Assembly (NCBI GenBank): GCA_031387905.1
Contig: JANNDT010000502.1
Location: 1-48,305 of the forward strand
DNA length: 48,305 nt
From: Deltaproteobacteria bacterium
Lineage (GTDB): Bacteria > Myxococcota_A > UBA9160 > UBA6930
Direction: 5' to 3'
Shown one piece after another: positions 9,175 through 19,766 of this stretch; position 1 is the first letter of the stretch, and each line of letters begins with the position of its first letter. A model generated the notes under the pieces. The model did not search any database. It worked only from the letters and a program-made list of their open reading frames with translations, and was not told the origin of the DNA. A program made the position numbers and the translations under genes.

Positions 9175-10452
9175 TCAGCTGACCGGCTCTCTTCTCTGCA
9201 CGTGCGCCTCGCGCATCGCGAGCGTCGCGCGGCGCTGCGCGGGGGTGACGCGCGGCGTGTCCGAAGGCAGGTGCTCGGCGAGTTCCGCGAACGGCACGCT
9301 GCGCACGCTCGGCAGCGGGTTCGTGCGCGTCCAGATCCAGCGGTACTGGAGCATGCCTTCGCGATTGCCGGTGGTGTCGAGCCAGTTCTGAATGCCCGGG
9401 TCGCGGTGCGCGATCACGCAGCGGAAGCGGCCGTCGCTCGAGATCTGCGACTGCAAGTGATTCAGGCTCGTCTGCCGTGAGGCGAACTCGAGCGTCTTGA
9501 ACCACGGATCGCACAGTTCGATCTGCCAGTAGCGCGCGTCGGGCAGCTCGCTCTCGAAGATCAGCGCCTCCTCGGCGCCTAGCTTGTACCAGTCGTTGCC
9601 GTAATAAATGTCCGGCGCACCGCCCACGAAGCGCCGCGCGGGAGCCAGCGCGCCGGGCTGCCACGCGCGTCGCAGGCTCTCCACCCACTCCATCCAGAAG
9701 CGCGTCGTCGTGTGCGTCCACTCGCCCGCGAGATCGAGGCGATCGGCCATCGCCGCAGCGCTCGGCGGCTTGGGCGCTTCACCGCCGATGCGCTCGATCG
9801 CGAAGCTCGCGGGTGACTCGCGCTCCCAGTCGAGCAGGTACTGCCGCACTTGCAGATAGTGCGCTTCCGCGTGGAGTGGCAGGAAGTCGCCCGCGTAGCC
9901 CGGAGGTCTCTCTGCTGCGAGCAACACGGAGAAGCGCCCGTGCGCGTCGAAGTGCAGATCTCTCGCGGTGACGGCCACGAACACGCGGTCGTCGCCGAAC
10001 TGCATGTGGCCTTCCTTCACTTCGAGCAGGAAGTCGTAAACGTTTCGGCGCTCGCCGAAGACGCGATACGCGCCGGTCGGTTCGATGCGCGCCCACAGGT
10101 ACTGGTTATCAGGGTTCTCGGCGCCCCATTTGGCTTGCGAATCGGGGTTGCGAATCCAACGCGGCGCCGCGGGCTCGGCGAGTTCGAGCGCGTTGTAGAG
10201 CCCCGAGCGCACGAGCCCGAGCAAGTACTTGAAGCCCTCGGCGCGGAGCTGTTCGCTCTCGGCGCTCTCGAGCGGGAAATCGAGCACGAGTTTGCCTGCC
10301 GCGGCGAGATCGCGGCAGAAATCTTGCCACGCGCGGCCGTCGAGCAGGCGTGCGCGCTGCTCCGCTTCGGGCCGCTGCGGGCGCCGCAGCTTCTTGAGCG
10401 CCTCACCGCGCAGCCCGCTGCCGCCGCTCACAACCGCGTCGTCGTTCGTCAT
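9175..10452 (-). CDS. DUF1214 domain-containing protein
   Basis: ENPDNQY..ARI..GAY, DGRFRCVIAHRDPGIQNWLDTTG motifs; follows a sulfotransferase, a common pairing. Confidence 0.8.
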   Translation of the reverse strand: MTNDDAVVSGGSGLRGEALKKLRRPQRPEAEQRARLLDGRAWQDFCRDLAAAGKLVLDFPLESAESEQLRAEGFKYLLGLVRSGLYNALELAEPAAPRWIRNPDSQAKWGAENPDNQYLWARIEPTGAYRVFGERRNVYDFLLEVKEGHMQFGDDRVFVAVTARDLHFDAHGRFSVLLAAERPPGYAGDFLPLHAEAHYLQVRQYLLDWERESPASFAIERIGGEAPKPPSAAAMADRLDLAGEWTHTTTRFWMEWVESLRRAWQPGALAPARRFVGGAPDIYYGNDWYKLGAEEALIFESELPDARYWQIELCDPWFKTLEFASRQTSLNHLQSQISSDGRFRCVIAHRDPGIQNWLDTTGNREGMLQYRWIWTRTNPLPSVRSVPFAELAEHLPSDTPRVTPAQRRATLAMREAHVQRREPVS

Positions 10453-10494
10453 GTCGGCTCCTCGCTTCGCACGTGCGGGGACGGCGGGCTTGCA

Positions 10495-11733
10495 TCAACC
10501 CTCGGAGAGAACGCCAAAGCGTTCCTGATAACTGCGGAAGCGCTCGCGCTCTTCGCCGGCATCGCGGCCGAGCGTCTCGAACGCGTAGCGATGTGCGCCG
10601 TGCTTGCCGCGGGGCTTGCCCGCGACGTAGGCGCGAATGCGCTCCGCGAGCTCGGGCGCGAACGCGAGGCCGAAGCGCTCGTAGACGCGCTGCACCGCGC
10701 CCGCCGGGTCGCGCATTACGTCGGCGTAAAGCACGTCACAGAATTGCGCTCCGGGCACGTGGCCCGAATCGCGGAACGCGCTCATGCCATCCAGCAATGC
10801 GCGGCACGTTTCGGGCGAGAACCAGCCCTTGAACATTTCCGCGTCCACGGCGTCGGAGCGCACGAACGCGGTCGAGTAGAGAATGCTCACCACCGAAGGC
10901 AGCACTTTCAGTGGATCGCGGTGAGTGATTACGACGCGCGCGTCCGGGTACTCGCCGAACAGCACCGGCAAAAGCCCGAGCCACGACGGCGACTTCAGCA
11001 CCCAGCGCTTGCCCGCGTGGCGCGCTTGCAGGTGCTGCAGGAAGCGGCGATGAAAAGCGAAGCCGATGCGCTTGTCCGCGCTCGCGAACCACGCGGCATA
11101 GCTCGGCACCATGTGCCGGCCCATCAGCTCGTCGCTCACGAAGGTGTGCGCGGTGATCTGGATGTCTTCGACCGGGATGCGCGCACCGAGCTCGTGCATC
11201 GCGGAGTACTCGGGCACGATCTGGTTCCAGAGCTGCAGCTCGTCCTCGGCATGCGCGATGCGCGGATCGGTCGCGTAGCTCGCGGTCTCCGGCGCGGGGC
11301 AGGGGAAGCGCACCTCCCAGTGCTGCGGCACACGGTTATCAGGGTCTTGCGCGAACAGCTCGTGCAGAATCGTGGTGCCAGTGCGCGGCAAGCCGGTAAT
11401 GAAGACTGGCGCGTCGATGCGCTGCGCCGCGATCGCCGGCTCGCGCTTGCGGGCGTCCGCCAGGCGCAACCGGTTCTCCAGCCAGTTCAGCACGTCGCCG
11501 CGCACGAGTAGGCGGCCGAGCGCGTGCAGTCTCGCCTCGCTCTCGCAGGCGCGAACGAAGATTCGATACGGCAGGAGAAACTCGTCGCCGCCGAAATCCG
11601 CGAGCCCGGTGTTGCGCTGCGCAACTTCGAGCAACTCGTCGGCGTCGAGTCTCACCCACGCAGGGTCGACTGCCGCGTGCAGCGATCGCACCCACGCGGG
11701 ACGCGGCCCCGGCCGCCAGACATCTTCACTCAT
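10495..11733 (-). CDS. Sulfotransferase (Sulfotransfer_3-like)
   Basis: FITGLPRTGTT PAPS loop, WVLKSP, THRDP; start at ATG 11733 inferred. Confidence 0.9.
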   Translation of the reverse strand: MSEDVWRPGPRPAWVRSLHAAVDPAWVRLDADELLEVAQRNTGLADFGGDEFLLPYRIFVRACESEARLHALGRLLVRGDVLNWLENRLRLADARKREPAIAAQRIDAPVFITGLPRTGTTILHELFAQDPDNRVPQHWEVRFPCPAPETASYATDPRIAHAEDELQLWNQIVPEYSAMHELGARIPVEDIQITAHTFVSDELMGRHMVPSYAAWFASADKRIGFAFHRRFLQHLQARHAGKRWVLKSPSWLGLLPVLFGEYPDARVVITHRDPLKVLPSVVSILYSTAFVRSDAVDAEMFKGWFSPETCRALLDGMSAFRDSGHVPGAQFCDVLYADVMRDPAGAVQRVYERFGLAFAPELAERIRAYVAGKPRGKHGAHRYAFETLGRDAGEERERFRSYQERFGVLSEG

Positions 11734-11813
11734 CCATTCCTCCGCCGCGGTCGCGCAGTGTATGCGGGCTGCGCCACGCTGCGCTGCGCGAAGTCGCAAA
11801 GCGAGGAGGCGCG

Positions 11814-12590
11814 ATGACGGGACGCATCGATGGAAAAGTGGCAGTCGTTACGGGCGCCGGTTCCGGAATCGGGCGCGCGATCGCGACGCGCTTCGCGGCC
11901 GAGGGGGCTGCGGTCGTCGCGAACGACATCGCCGCGAGCGGCCTCGCGACGCTCGCGAGCGAATTGCGCGCGCGCGCTGCGCGAATTGAGTTGCACGTCG
12001 GCGACATGAGCGTTGCTGCCAACGCCGACGCAGCTGCACAGCTCGCCGTCGCGCGCTTCGGGCGCCTCGACATCTGGGTGAACAACGCGGGCGGCGGCAT
12101 GCCGACCGCGTTCGCCGCGACCGACGAGGCGCACTACCGCGCGGCCCTCGCGATGAATCTCGACACCGCGTGGTTCGGTTGCCAGGCCGCCCTGCGCGTG
12201 ATGGCGGAGCAGCGCAGCGGCGCGATCGTGAACCTCTCCTCGGGCGGCGCGCTGCTCGCCTCCGATGGCCTACACGCATACTCGGCCGCCAAGGCCGCGA
12301 TCCTTTCGCTCACGCGCAATCTCGCGCTCGAATACGGCTCGCGCGGCGTTCGCGTCAACGCGATCGCGCCGGGGCCGATCCTCACGCCAGTGTTCGCGGA
12401 GTACCTGAAGACGTTCCCCGATGGCGGCGCGAGTCAAGGCAGCCACGTGCCGCTCGGCAGGCTCGGCAAGCCCGAGGAGATCGCGGCTGCGGCGCTGTTC
12501 CTCGTCTCGGACGACGCGAGCTACGTCAGCGGCGCGACGCTGGCGGTGGACGGAGCGATTACGGCGGTGCTGACGACGCCGCGGAGCTGA
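11814..12590 (+). CDS. SDR family oxidoreductase
   Basis: TGAGSGIG, NNAG, YSAAK; GGAGG RBS. Confidence 0.93.
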   Translation: MTGRIDGKVAVVTGAGSGIGRAIATRFAAEGAAVVANDIAASGLATLASELRARAARIELHVGDMSVAANADAAAQLAVARFGRLDIWVNNAGGGMPTAFAATDEAHYRAALAMNLDTAWFGCQAALRVMAEQRSGAIVNLSSGGALLASDGLHAYSAAKAAILSLTRNLALEYGSRGVRVNAIAPGPILTPVFAEYLKTFPDGGASQGSHVPLGRLGKPEEIAAAALFLVSDDASYVSGATLAVDGAITAVLTTPRS

Positions 12591-12616
12591 GCGCGTCTTC
12601 GCGGCGCTGCGCCGTG

Positions 12617-14728
12617 TTAGAGCGAATGCTCGAGTACGTAGTCCCCGGCGTCATCCATGCGCGCGCTCCAGCCCGGATGCACGACGATCGTGGTGAAGCG
12701 CTCCTCGATCACGGCAGGCGCGTTCACGAAGTTCCCGGGCGTGAGCGCCGCGCCGTCCACGATCGCGACGTCCTCGAAGCCGCGGCCGAGATTCGCGTGG
12801 CGACGCCTCGCAACTGGCGCTTCGAGTGCGGGCGCGCTCGCGGCACTACTGGCGGTCGTCAGCGCCGGCTTCGCAACCTCACCCCAAGCGATCAGCCGCA
12901 CGCCCGTGAGCTCGGGCTCCTCGCTTTCGCGCCGATGCCCGTACTCCCCCTCGTGGCGCGCATGGAATTGCTCGCGCAGCGCAGGCAGAAGGGCCGCGGT
13001 CGCGAACTCGCGAGTTCCCAACAACCCAGCCGGCGTGGCGTCGATCGCGAGCGACCAGTTCTGGCCCGGGTAGCGCAGGCTTGCGCAGTAGCGGGCGTGA
13101 ATTCGAGCGGGCGCGAAGCCCGCAGCGCCGAGGTAACGCTCCGCGCGCGCTGCGAGTTCGCCCCAGAGTCGCGCGAGTTCGCGTACATCCGCCGCGCTAA
13201 GACTTCTCAGGTACGCGCGCTCCTCATCGAGCGCGGGCTGCGCTGCGAGCGCACCGAGCGCCGAGAACGCCGGCGAAGCCTTGGGCACGAGCACGCGCGC
13301 GATGCTCAACTCCTGAGCCTGGATCGCTGCGAACGCCGGGCCGTTACCGCCGTACGCGAGCAACGTGAGTTCGCGCGGATCGATGCCGCGAGCGGCGGTC
13401 GCCCGGCGCACCGCCTGGGTCATGTTGGCGTTGACCACGCGCCAGCAGTCGAAGGCGGCCTGCTCGATCGTGATGCCGAGGGGGCTCGCGACGTGCTTCG
13501 CGAACGCCTCGTCGACGCCGCGGCGCGTGAGGCGCATGCGTCCGTCCGCAAACGCGCGCTCCTCGGACAAGATGCCGAGCACGAGCAGGGCGTCGGTGAT
13601 GGTGGGCCGCTCGCCGCCGCGCCCGTAACAAACTGGTCCCGGTTCGGCGCCCGCGCTCTCGGGGCCGACGCGCAGCACGCCGTGCGCAGCCTGGCAGAGC
13701 GAGCCACCGCCCGCGCCCAGCGTTTCGACGCGAATCATCGGCAGGCCGATCACGGCGCGGTGGTGCCAGCTCCAGCCGGTGTCTGCGGGCGCGACGCCAC
13801 CGCGCACCACCGAAACGTCGTAGCTCGTGCCGCCCATGTCCACGCACAACAAGTCCGGCTCGCGCTTCGTGAGTGCGAGCTGCGCTGCCCCGACTACGCC
13901 GGCAGCGGGTCCCGACGCGAGCACGCGCACCGGCGCGGCTCTCAGGTACTCGCGCGTCATTACGCCGCCGCTCGCCTGCATCACGAGCAGCTCGCGCGCG
14001 TAGCCTGCTTCGCGGAGGCGCTCGGCGAGCCGATCGAGGTACGCGCTCACGCGCGGGCCGATGTATGCGTTCACCACAGTCGTGCTGGTGCGCTCGTACT
14101 CGGGCGACTTCGGCATCACCTCATGCGAGAGCGAGAGCGGTACGCCCGGCAGTTCCTCGCGCGCGAGTTCAGCGAGGCGCAGCTCATGCCCAGGGTTCAC
14201 GAATGAGAACAGCGTCGCGATCGCGAGCGATTCGACGCCCTGCGCGCGCAGCCGCCGCAGCGCACCGCGCGCGGCTTCCTCGTCGAGCGGAGTGTGCACG
14301 CTGCCGTCGAAGCGAATGCGTTCGGGCACGCTCAGCCGGCGACGGCGCGGGACGAGCGGACGGGGCGCGGGCAGGCGCACATCCCAAATGTCCTCCTTGA
14401 AACCGCGCCGCAGCTCGAGTTCGTCGCGAAAACCGGCGGTCGTAATCAGTCCTGTGACCGCACCGTTGCCTTCGATCAGCGTGTTGTCCGCCACCGTGGT
14501 GCCGTGGACGATCGCGTCGACGCGTGCAAGGAAGTCTGCGAGCGCGAGAGCCTCCCGCGCCGCGAGGCGTTCGAGGCCGTCCATTACGCCGAGCGAGTGA
14601 TCTGCGGGCGTCGAGAGAGTCTTCTCGACGATCAGTGGCGCTCCGGCGCCGCGGTCGAACGCGAAGTCCGTGAAGGTGCCGCCGATGTCCACGCCAATGC
14701 GCCAGCCGCGCGCGCGCTCGGCGCTCAT
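12617..14728 (-). CDS. Hydantoinase A/oxoprolinase family protein
   Basis: GVDIGGTFTD, HGTTVADN, EYERTSTT, DMGGTSYDV, SAGAEPGPVCYGRGG. Confidence 0.93.
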   Translation of the reverse strand: MSAERARGWRIGVDIGGTFTDFAFDRGAGAPLIVEKTLSTPADHSLGVMDGLERLAAREALALADFLARVDAIVHGTTVADNTLIEGNGAVTGLITTAGFRDELELRRGFKEDIWDVRLPAPRPLVPRRRRLSVPERIRFDGSVHTPLDEEAARGALRRLRAQGVESLAIATLFSFVNPGHELRLAELAREELPGVPLSLSHEVMPKSPEYERTSTTVVNAYIGPRVSAYLDRLAERLREAGYARELLVMQASGGVMTREYLRAAPVRVLASGPAAGVVGAAQLALTKREPDLLCVDMGGTSYDVSVVRGGVAPADTGWSWHHRAVIGLPMIRVETLGAGGGSLCQAAHGVLRVGPESAGAEPGPVCYGRGGERPTITDALLVLGILSEERAFADGRMRLTRRGVDEAFAKHVASPLGITIEQAAFDCWRVVNANMTQAVRRATAARGIDPRELTLLAYGGNGPAFAAIQAQELSIARVLVPKASPAFSALGALAAQPALDEERAYLRSLSAADVRELARLWGELAARAERYLGAAGFAPARIHARYCASLRYPGQNWSLAIDATPAGLLGTREFATAALLPALREQFHARHEGEYGHRRESEEPELTGVRLIAWGEVAKPALTTASSAASAPALEAPVARRRHANLGRGFEDVAIVDGAALTPGNFVNAPAVIEERFTTIVVHPGWSARMDDAGDYVLEHSL

Positions 14729-16554
14729 GCGCGCACTCGTTTCGTGCGCCGTTTCGCACGGAGCGAGGCTCGCGCCGCGCGCGTGGCGCTCTCGTCGACG
14801 GCGAGATCGTTCACTTGTGCGCTGCCGGAGAGCACGACGCCATAGCGTTCGTACGCCGCGGCCACGCTCACGTACTCGTCGAGCACGTCCTCGCGCACCG
14901 CCTCGGGCTCGCGCAGCAGCGGATCGCCGAAGCCCGCGCCGCCGCCGTATTGGTAGGCCGTAACAGCTCCCGCCGGGAGCTGCGCCTGCACGGCGTTCTC
15001 GATCTCGTACTCAGCCGGCGTGCCCACGCGAAAGCGATTCCGGTACGGGCCCGCGTCGTCGCCGCCAGCCAGGCCGCGCAGCGGGTGGCGCTTCGACACC
15101 ATCCACGACACCGCGGTGACGGGCGCGAGCACCTGCTTCACGTTCTCCGTGCCGAGTTGACCGCGCCATTGGCCTGCGCCGCCTGTGTCGCGAGTCAGCT
15201 CGCGCGACAAGTTCAGCACGGGGAAGCGGCTCTCGGCCTCCTCGGCGCTCGCGAGTATTAGGTTCCCGAGCCCCGCGCACAGCGCACCCCAACCATCGAG
15301 CCCTCGAGTCGCGCTCGCATCGGAGGCGCGCACGTCGACGCCTTGGTCCATCCACATCGCCCCGTTCGCGTCGAAGCCCACCACCGCGTTCGGCATGCCG
15401 AGCTTGTAGACCTGCGGCGCGGCTCGTTCGGGCAGAATGGGTGCGAGCGCGACGCAGATCGCTTCGCCCACTTCGACGGCGGGGTGGAAGGCGCCGAGCG
15501 CGGCGGGCTTACCCGGCGGCGGCTGCAAGATCGAGCCTTCTGGGAAGCGCATCTCGACCGCGTCGAACAGCCCCTCGTTCTTGGGGATGCTCGGATCGAC
15601 CATCGAAGCGAGCTGCGCGATCGCGTAGCTGCGGGAGTTACCGAAGGTGTTCCAGACGCAGACGAGCTCGGGGCGCGCGTCGGTCCCTGCGAAGTCGAGC
15701 GAGAGCTGGTCGCCGCGCACGTCGCAGGCGAGCTGTACGCGCACATCGCGATTGCCGACCGTGTCGTGGTCGATCAGCACGACGGCCTCGTAGCGGCCGT
15801 CCGGCCAGCGCGAGACCTCCTCGCGAAACCGGCGCTCGGTCTCCGCGATGTTCCAGTCGATCGTTCTGCGCACCACGTCTGCGCCGTAGCGAATGGCCAG
15901 CTCGCCGATCGAGCGCACGCCGAGCTCGACTGCCGAGATCATCGCGGCGAGATCGCCCGCAAACGACGGCAGCCGGTTGTTACGCGTGAGCAGCTCGATG
16001 GCGTCGCGCCGGCGCCTGCCGCGCTGCGCGAGCTTTAGGCACGGCACGATCAGCCCCTCGGCTTGCAGCTCGCGCGCGTCCACCGAGAACCCGCCTGCGT
16101 CTTTACCGCCGGTGTCGCCCTGGTGCGTTTGCAGCGCCTGAATCGCGAGCAGTTCCCCCCGCGCATCGAAGACGGGCGCGTAGACGTTGTAGTCGGGCAG
16201 GTGGCCGCCGCCGTGCTCGGGGTCGTTGCCCACGAACACGTCGCCGGGTCCCCAGTCGTCGGCGACGAACTGCTCGAGCCCGTAGCGCACGGGCATTGGC
16301 GAGATGAAGAGCAGCTGCGGGATGCCGACCGAGATGGCCGCGAGCCGCCCGTGCGCGTCGATCACGCTCGCGTTGCGCTCGTTCGACTGATTGATGATCG
16401 CCGAAGAGGCGCAGCGCCCGAGTTGGGTCGCCACTTCGTAACAAATCGTCTCGAGCGCGCCGCGGATGATCTCGGCGCTGACGGCATCGACGCGCGCGCC
16501 GCTCGCGAGCGGGGGCCTGCGCGCGGCGAGCCGGCGATTCGTCTCGTAGGACAA
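14725..16554 (-). CDS. Hydantoinase B/oxoprolinase family protein
   Basis: GDVFVGNDP..GGGHLPD, HQGDTGG, GGAGQWRG, GGGAGFGDPLLR; TTG start with GGAGG RBS. Confidence 0.92.
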   Translation of the reverse strand: MSYETNRRLAARRPPLASGARVDAVSAEIIRGALETICYEVATQLGRCASSAIINQSNERNASVIDAHGRLAAISVGIPQLLFISPMPVRYGLEQFVADDWGPGDVFVGNDPEHGGGHLPDYNVYAPVFDARGELLAIQALQTHQGDTGGKDAGGFSVDARELQAEGLIVPCLKLAQRGRRRRDAIELLTRNNRLPSFAGDLAAMISAVELGVRSIGELAIRYGADVVRRTIDWNIAETERRFREEVSRWPDGRYEAVVLIDHDTVGNRDVRVQLACDVRGDQLSLDFAGTDARPELVCVWNTFGNSRSYAIAQLASMVDPSIPKNEGLFDAVEMRFPEGSILQPPPGKPAALGAFHPAVEVGEAICVALAPILPERAAPQVYKLGMPNAVVGFDANGAMWMDQGVDVRASDASATRGLDGWGALCAGLGNLILASAEEAESRFPVLNLSRELTRDTGGAGQWRGQLGTENVKQVLAPVTAVSWMVSKRHPLRGLAGGDDAGPYRNRFRVGTPAEYEIENAVQAQLPAGAVTAYQYGGGAGFGDPLLREPEAVREDVLDEYVSVAAAYERYGVVLSGSAQVNDLAVDESATRAARASLRAKRRTKRVRA

Positions 16555-16719
16555 CAGCAGCCTCCGCGTCAGCGGCGCCAGCTTATTCGCGCGCCGGGGA
16601 GCCGGTCAATGCGCGAACGCTGAACACGGCGTGAATCCGACTGGACCGCGACACCCGCCGAGCCGGTGAAGCAACCCGCCCGCGGCGGCGGCGAGTACTC
16701 GTTCTGCCGCGCGCTGCGC

Positions 16720-18462
16720 TCAGCGGGCTGCGCGGAGCCGCGCGAGGGCGTCGCGTGCAGGCGTGAGTTCTGGATCGAGGGCGAGGGCGCGCGTTAGGTG
16801 GCGCTCGGCGCCCGCGCGGTCGCCGCTTGCCGCGAGTAGGTCGCCCAGGTTTGCGTGCGCGTCCGCGAAGTTCGGCGCGATCTCGAGCGCCAACTCGAAG
16901 CGCTCCCGGGCGCCAGCGCTGTCGCCGCGTGCGCGCAGCGCCAAGCCCAGGTTGTTGTGCGCAGACGCGAGCCGCGGGCGCAGCGCGAGGGCGCGCTCGT
17001 AATTCTCGATCGCGCCCGCGAGGTCGCCGCGGCGAGCGCGGATGCCACCGAGGTTGCTCCAGCTCTCCGCGTCGCGCGGATCGAGCGCGAGCGCGCGGCG
17101 GGCGTGCCGTTCTGCCGGCGCGAGTTGGCCTTGCTTCGCGAGCGCGACGGCGAGCGAGGCGTGCGCCAGCGCGGTGTCGGGATGGAACGCGAGCACGCGG
17201 CGGTAAGCGCGCACCGCCTCGCCATAATCACCGCGGCGTTCGTGCGCCTCGCCGAGGCTGATCCAAGGCTGCGCCGCGCTGGGGTCGCTGCGCAGCCACT
17301 GCGCGAGGAAGGCTTCGTTGTCGCGGTAGCTGGCGCCGCGAGTCACTGCGAGCCACGAGAATGCGATCAGCGGGATCAGGCTCGCGAGTCTCCAGCGCGA
17401 ACCGATCCGGCCGCGGGCTTCGGCGGACGTGATCACGACGCCTGCGAGGCCGGCCCAACCGGCGAGCGCAGCAAAGCCCCAGCGCTCCGCGAAACGCGTT
17501 TCCTGAACAAGCACGTTCGCCGTAGGAGCCAGCGCGAGCACGATCATCGCCGCGAACCAGAGGCTGCGCCGCGCATCGATTCGCGTGGCGGCCACGAACA
17601 GCGCGCTCGCGCTCAGCGCCGCAAGCGCGACGCGCGGCCACGACCACCAGATTTCGAGGCGCGGCTCGTACACGACTTCCGAGAACGGAGCGAAGCTCGT
17701 TTGCAGGTCGTACAGGAACGAGAGCAGGGGGCCATCCGGCGCCGCGAAGAGCGCGAGGCCCGCGCCCATGCCGCTCGGGATCACGGCGGCGCGCAGTGCG
17801 GCGTATGCCGCGATCACGGCCGCGTATGGCGCATAGCGGAGCGCCCAGGTCCGCACGCTCCGCGGAGCCTCCGGTGCGATGCGCATCGCGTCGGCGAACC
17901 CGAGCAACGCGGGCGTCACGATGGCCTGTTCCTTCGAGAGCAGGCCGAGCGTGAAGCAAACGACCGCGGTTGCGCGGCCGCCCACGCTCCCCCGCAAGTA
18001 CGCACCAAGCGCGAGCAGCGTGAAGAGCGTCGGCAGCATCGTCTCGCGGCCTGACGTGACTGGGTAAATGCACTCCGAGGCGATCGGGTGGAGCGCGAAC
18101 AGCAGCGCTGCGTACGCGGCGGCGCTCGCGGAGGCGCCGATCGCGCGCGTCAATAACAGTCCGCGCAGCGCCCAGGCGCAGGCGAAGGCGAGCGCGAGGT
18201 TCAGCAGATGAAACGGCAGCGGCGACGCGCCGTGCAGCCACTTCTGCCCGACATTCAGCAGCCGCGCGAGCGGCCGGTAGTACGGCACCAGCGGTGACAT
18301 CGGCTCCGCGAAGATCTGCGCGAACTGCGCGAAGTTCTCGGGCACCGGCTCGTCGACGACGTGCAGCAGGTCGTCGTAGACGAAGCCGTTGCCGAGCGAG
18401 CGCGCGTAGACGAGCAACAGCAACGCCGCGATCGCGAGAGCGGCGCGCGACGGCTGACTCAC
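16720..18462 (-). CDS. TMTC-like membrane glycosyltransferase (GT-C fold) with C-terminal TPRs
   Basis: NGFVYDD, YYRPL, LFALHPI.SE, LLSKEQA, AER motifs plus about 6 TPRs; GTGA overlap with P450 stop. Confidence 0.85.
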   Translation of the reverse strand: MSQPSRAALAIAALLLLVYARSLGNGFVYDDLLHVVDEPVPENFAQFAQIFAEPMSPLVPYYRPLARLLNVGQKWLHGASPLPFHLLNLALAFACAWALRGLLLTRAIGASASAAAYAALLFALHPIASECIYPVTSGRETMLPTLFTLLALGAYLRGSVGGRATAVVCFTLGLLSKEQAIVTPALLGFADAMRIAPEAPRSVRTWALRYAPYAAVIAAYAALRAAVIPSGMGAGLALFAAPDGPLLSFLYDLQTSFAPFSEVVYEPRLEIWWSWPRVALAALSASALFVAATRIDARRSLWFAAMIVLALAPTANVLVQETRFAERWGFAALAGWAGLAGVVITSAEARGRIGSRWRLASLIPLIAFSWLAVTRGASYRDNEAFLAQWLRSDPSAAQPWISLGEAHERRGDYGEAVRAYRRVLAFHPDTALAHASLAVALAKQGQLAPAERHARRALALDPRDAESWSNLGGIRARRGDLAGAIENYERALALRPRLASAHNNLGLALRARGDSAGARERFELALEIAPNFADAHANLGDLLAASGDRAGAERHLTRALALDPELTPARDALARLRAAR

Positions 18463-19661
18463 ACGCTCGCCGCGCGGAAGCGCACCGGCATGCGCCGCGG
18501 GCCATTGATGAACCACGAATGCAGGCGTTCCACCGGGCCGTTCGGCGCGAGCCCGTGAACGCGATCGAGCAACTCGTCGAACATGCAGCGGATCTCGAGG
18601 CGCGCGAGGCTCGCGCCGAGGCAGAAGTGCGAGCCGCCGCCGCCGAACGCGACGTGCGGGTTCGGGTCGCGGCGAATCTCGAACTTGTCAGGCTCGACGA
18701 AGACTTCCTCATCGCGGTTCGCGGATGGGTAGAAGACCACCACGGGTTCACCGGCGCGAATCGCGACGCCGCTGAGTTCGGTATCGCGCACCGCCGTGCG
18801 CTGGAATTGCACGACCGGCGTGGTGAAGCGCAGCATCTCTTCGATCGCGCTGCCGAGCAGCGAGCGATCCTTGCGCAGCGCAGCGAACTGCTCGGGGTGA
18901 TCCATTAGGGCCTGCGTGCCGGCGGCGACGAGATTGCGCGTGGTGTCGCCGCCGGCGTTGATCAGCAGCAAGAAAAACAAGTCGAACTCGAGGTCGCTGA
19001 GGCGCTCGCCATCGAGCTCGGCGCCGAGCAGCACGCTCGCGAGGTCTTCGCCCGGATGCGCGCGTTTGTCGCGACGAACGCCGGCGGAGTACGCAAACAT
19101 TTCCGCGAACGCTCGCTGCGCAGCCTGCGGCTGGTCGGCGCTGTGCATCGCCTCGGTCAGCGCGTAGAGCTTGCGGCCGTCCGCGAGCGGGATGCCGACC
19201 AGCTCGGCAATTAGGTACGACGGGAGTTCGCCGGCCACGTCTGTCACGAAGTCGCATTCGCCGCGCGGCAGCACGTTGTCCACGATCAGTTTGCAGAGTT
19301 CGCGGATGCGCGGCTCTAGCCGCGTCACACGGCGCGGCGTGAAGCCCTTGTTCACGAGGCCGCGCAGGCGAGTGTGCGCGGGCGGGTCCATGCCGAGCAG
19401 CATCCGGCGCGCGAGTTCGAGCCCGCCCAGGTCGGCGGTCGGCGATGGCATGTAGCCGTTCAGCGTTGAAGAGAAGAGGCCCGAGTCGCGCGATACCGCG
19501 AGTACGTCGGCGTGCTTCGTAATTGCCCAGAAGCCGCCGCCGCTCGCGTAGGGATGCCAGGCCACCGGCGCCTCGCGGCGCAGCGCGCGGAAGACCTCGT
19601 AGGGCGGGCCTGCCGAGAAGTTCGCGGCATCGAGCAAGTTCGGGATTTCCATCCCGCGCAT
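18459..19661 (-). CDS. Cytochrome P450 (CYP124/125/142-like appearance)
   Basis: AGGDTT I-helix, EEMLR, FGGGGSHFCLG heme ligand. Confidence 0.93.
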   Translation of the reverse strand: MRGMEIPNLLDAANFSAGPPYEVFRALRREAPVAWHPYASGGGFWAITKHADVLAVSRDSGLFSSTLNGYMPSPTADLGGLELARRMLLGMDPPAHTRLRGLVNKGFTPRRVTRLEPRIRELCKLIVDNVLPRGECDFVTDVAGELPSYLIAELVGIPLADGRKLYALTEAMHSADQPQAAQRAFAEMFAYSAGVRRDKRAHPGEDLASVLLGAELDGERLSDLEFDLFFLLLINAGGDTTRNLVAAGTQALMDHPEQFAALRKDRSLLGSAIEEMLRFTTPVVQFQRTAVRDTELSGVAIRAGEPVVVFYPSANRDEEVFVEPDKFEIRRDPNPHVAFGGGGSHFCLGASLARLEIRCMFDELLDRVHGLAPNGPVERLHSWFINGPRRMPVRFRAASV

Positions 19662-19700
19662 CCTACGAAATCGCACCCGCGGCCGACCCGCCGATCGCGC

Positions 19701-19766
19701 AAAAAGGCAACAACGTCCCCGATTGCCTTTTTCTGAAAAGGCAATCGGGGACGTTGTTGCCTTTTT
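19701..19766. repeat. Perfect 31-bp-arm palindrome (REP-doublet-like; possible bidirectional terminator)
   Basis: AAAAAGGCAACAACGTCCCCGATTGCCTTTT-tctg-AAAAGGCAATCGGGGACGTTGTTGCCTTTTT. Confidence 0.85.
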
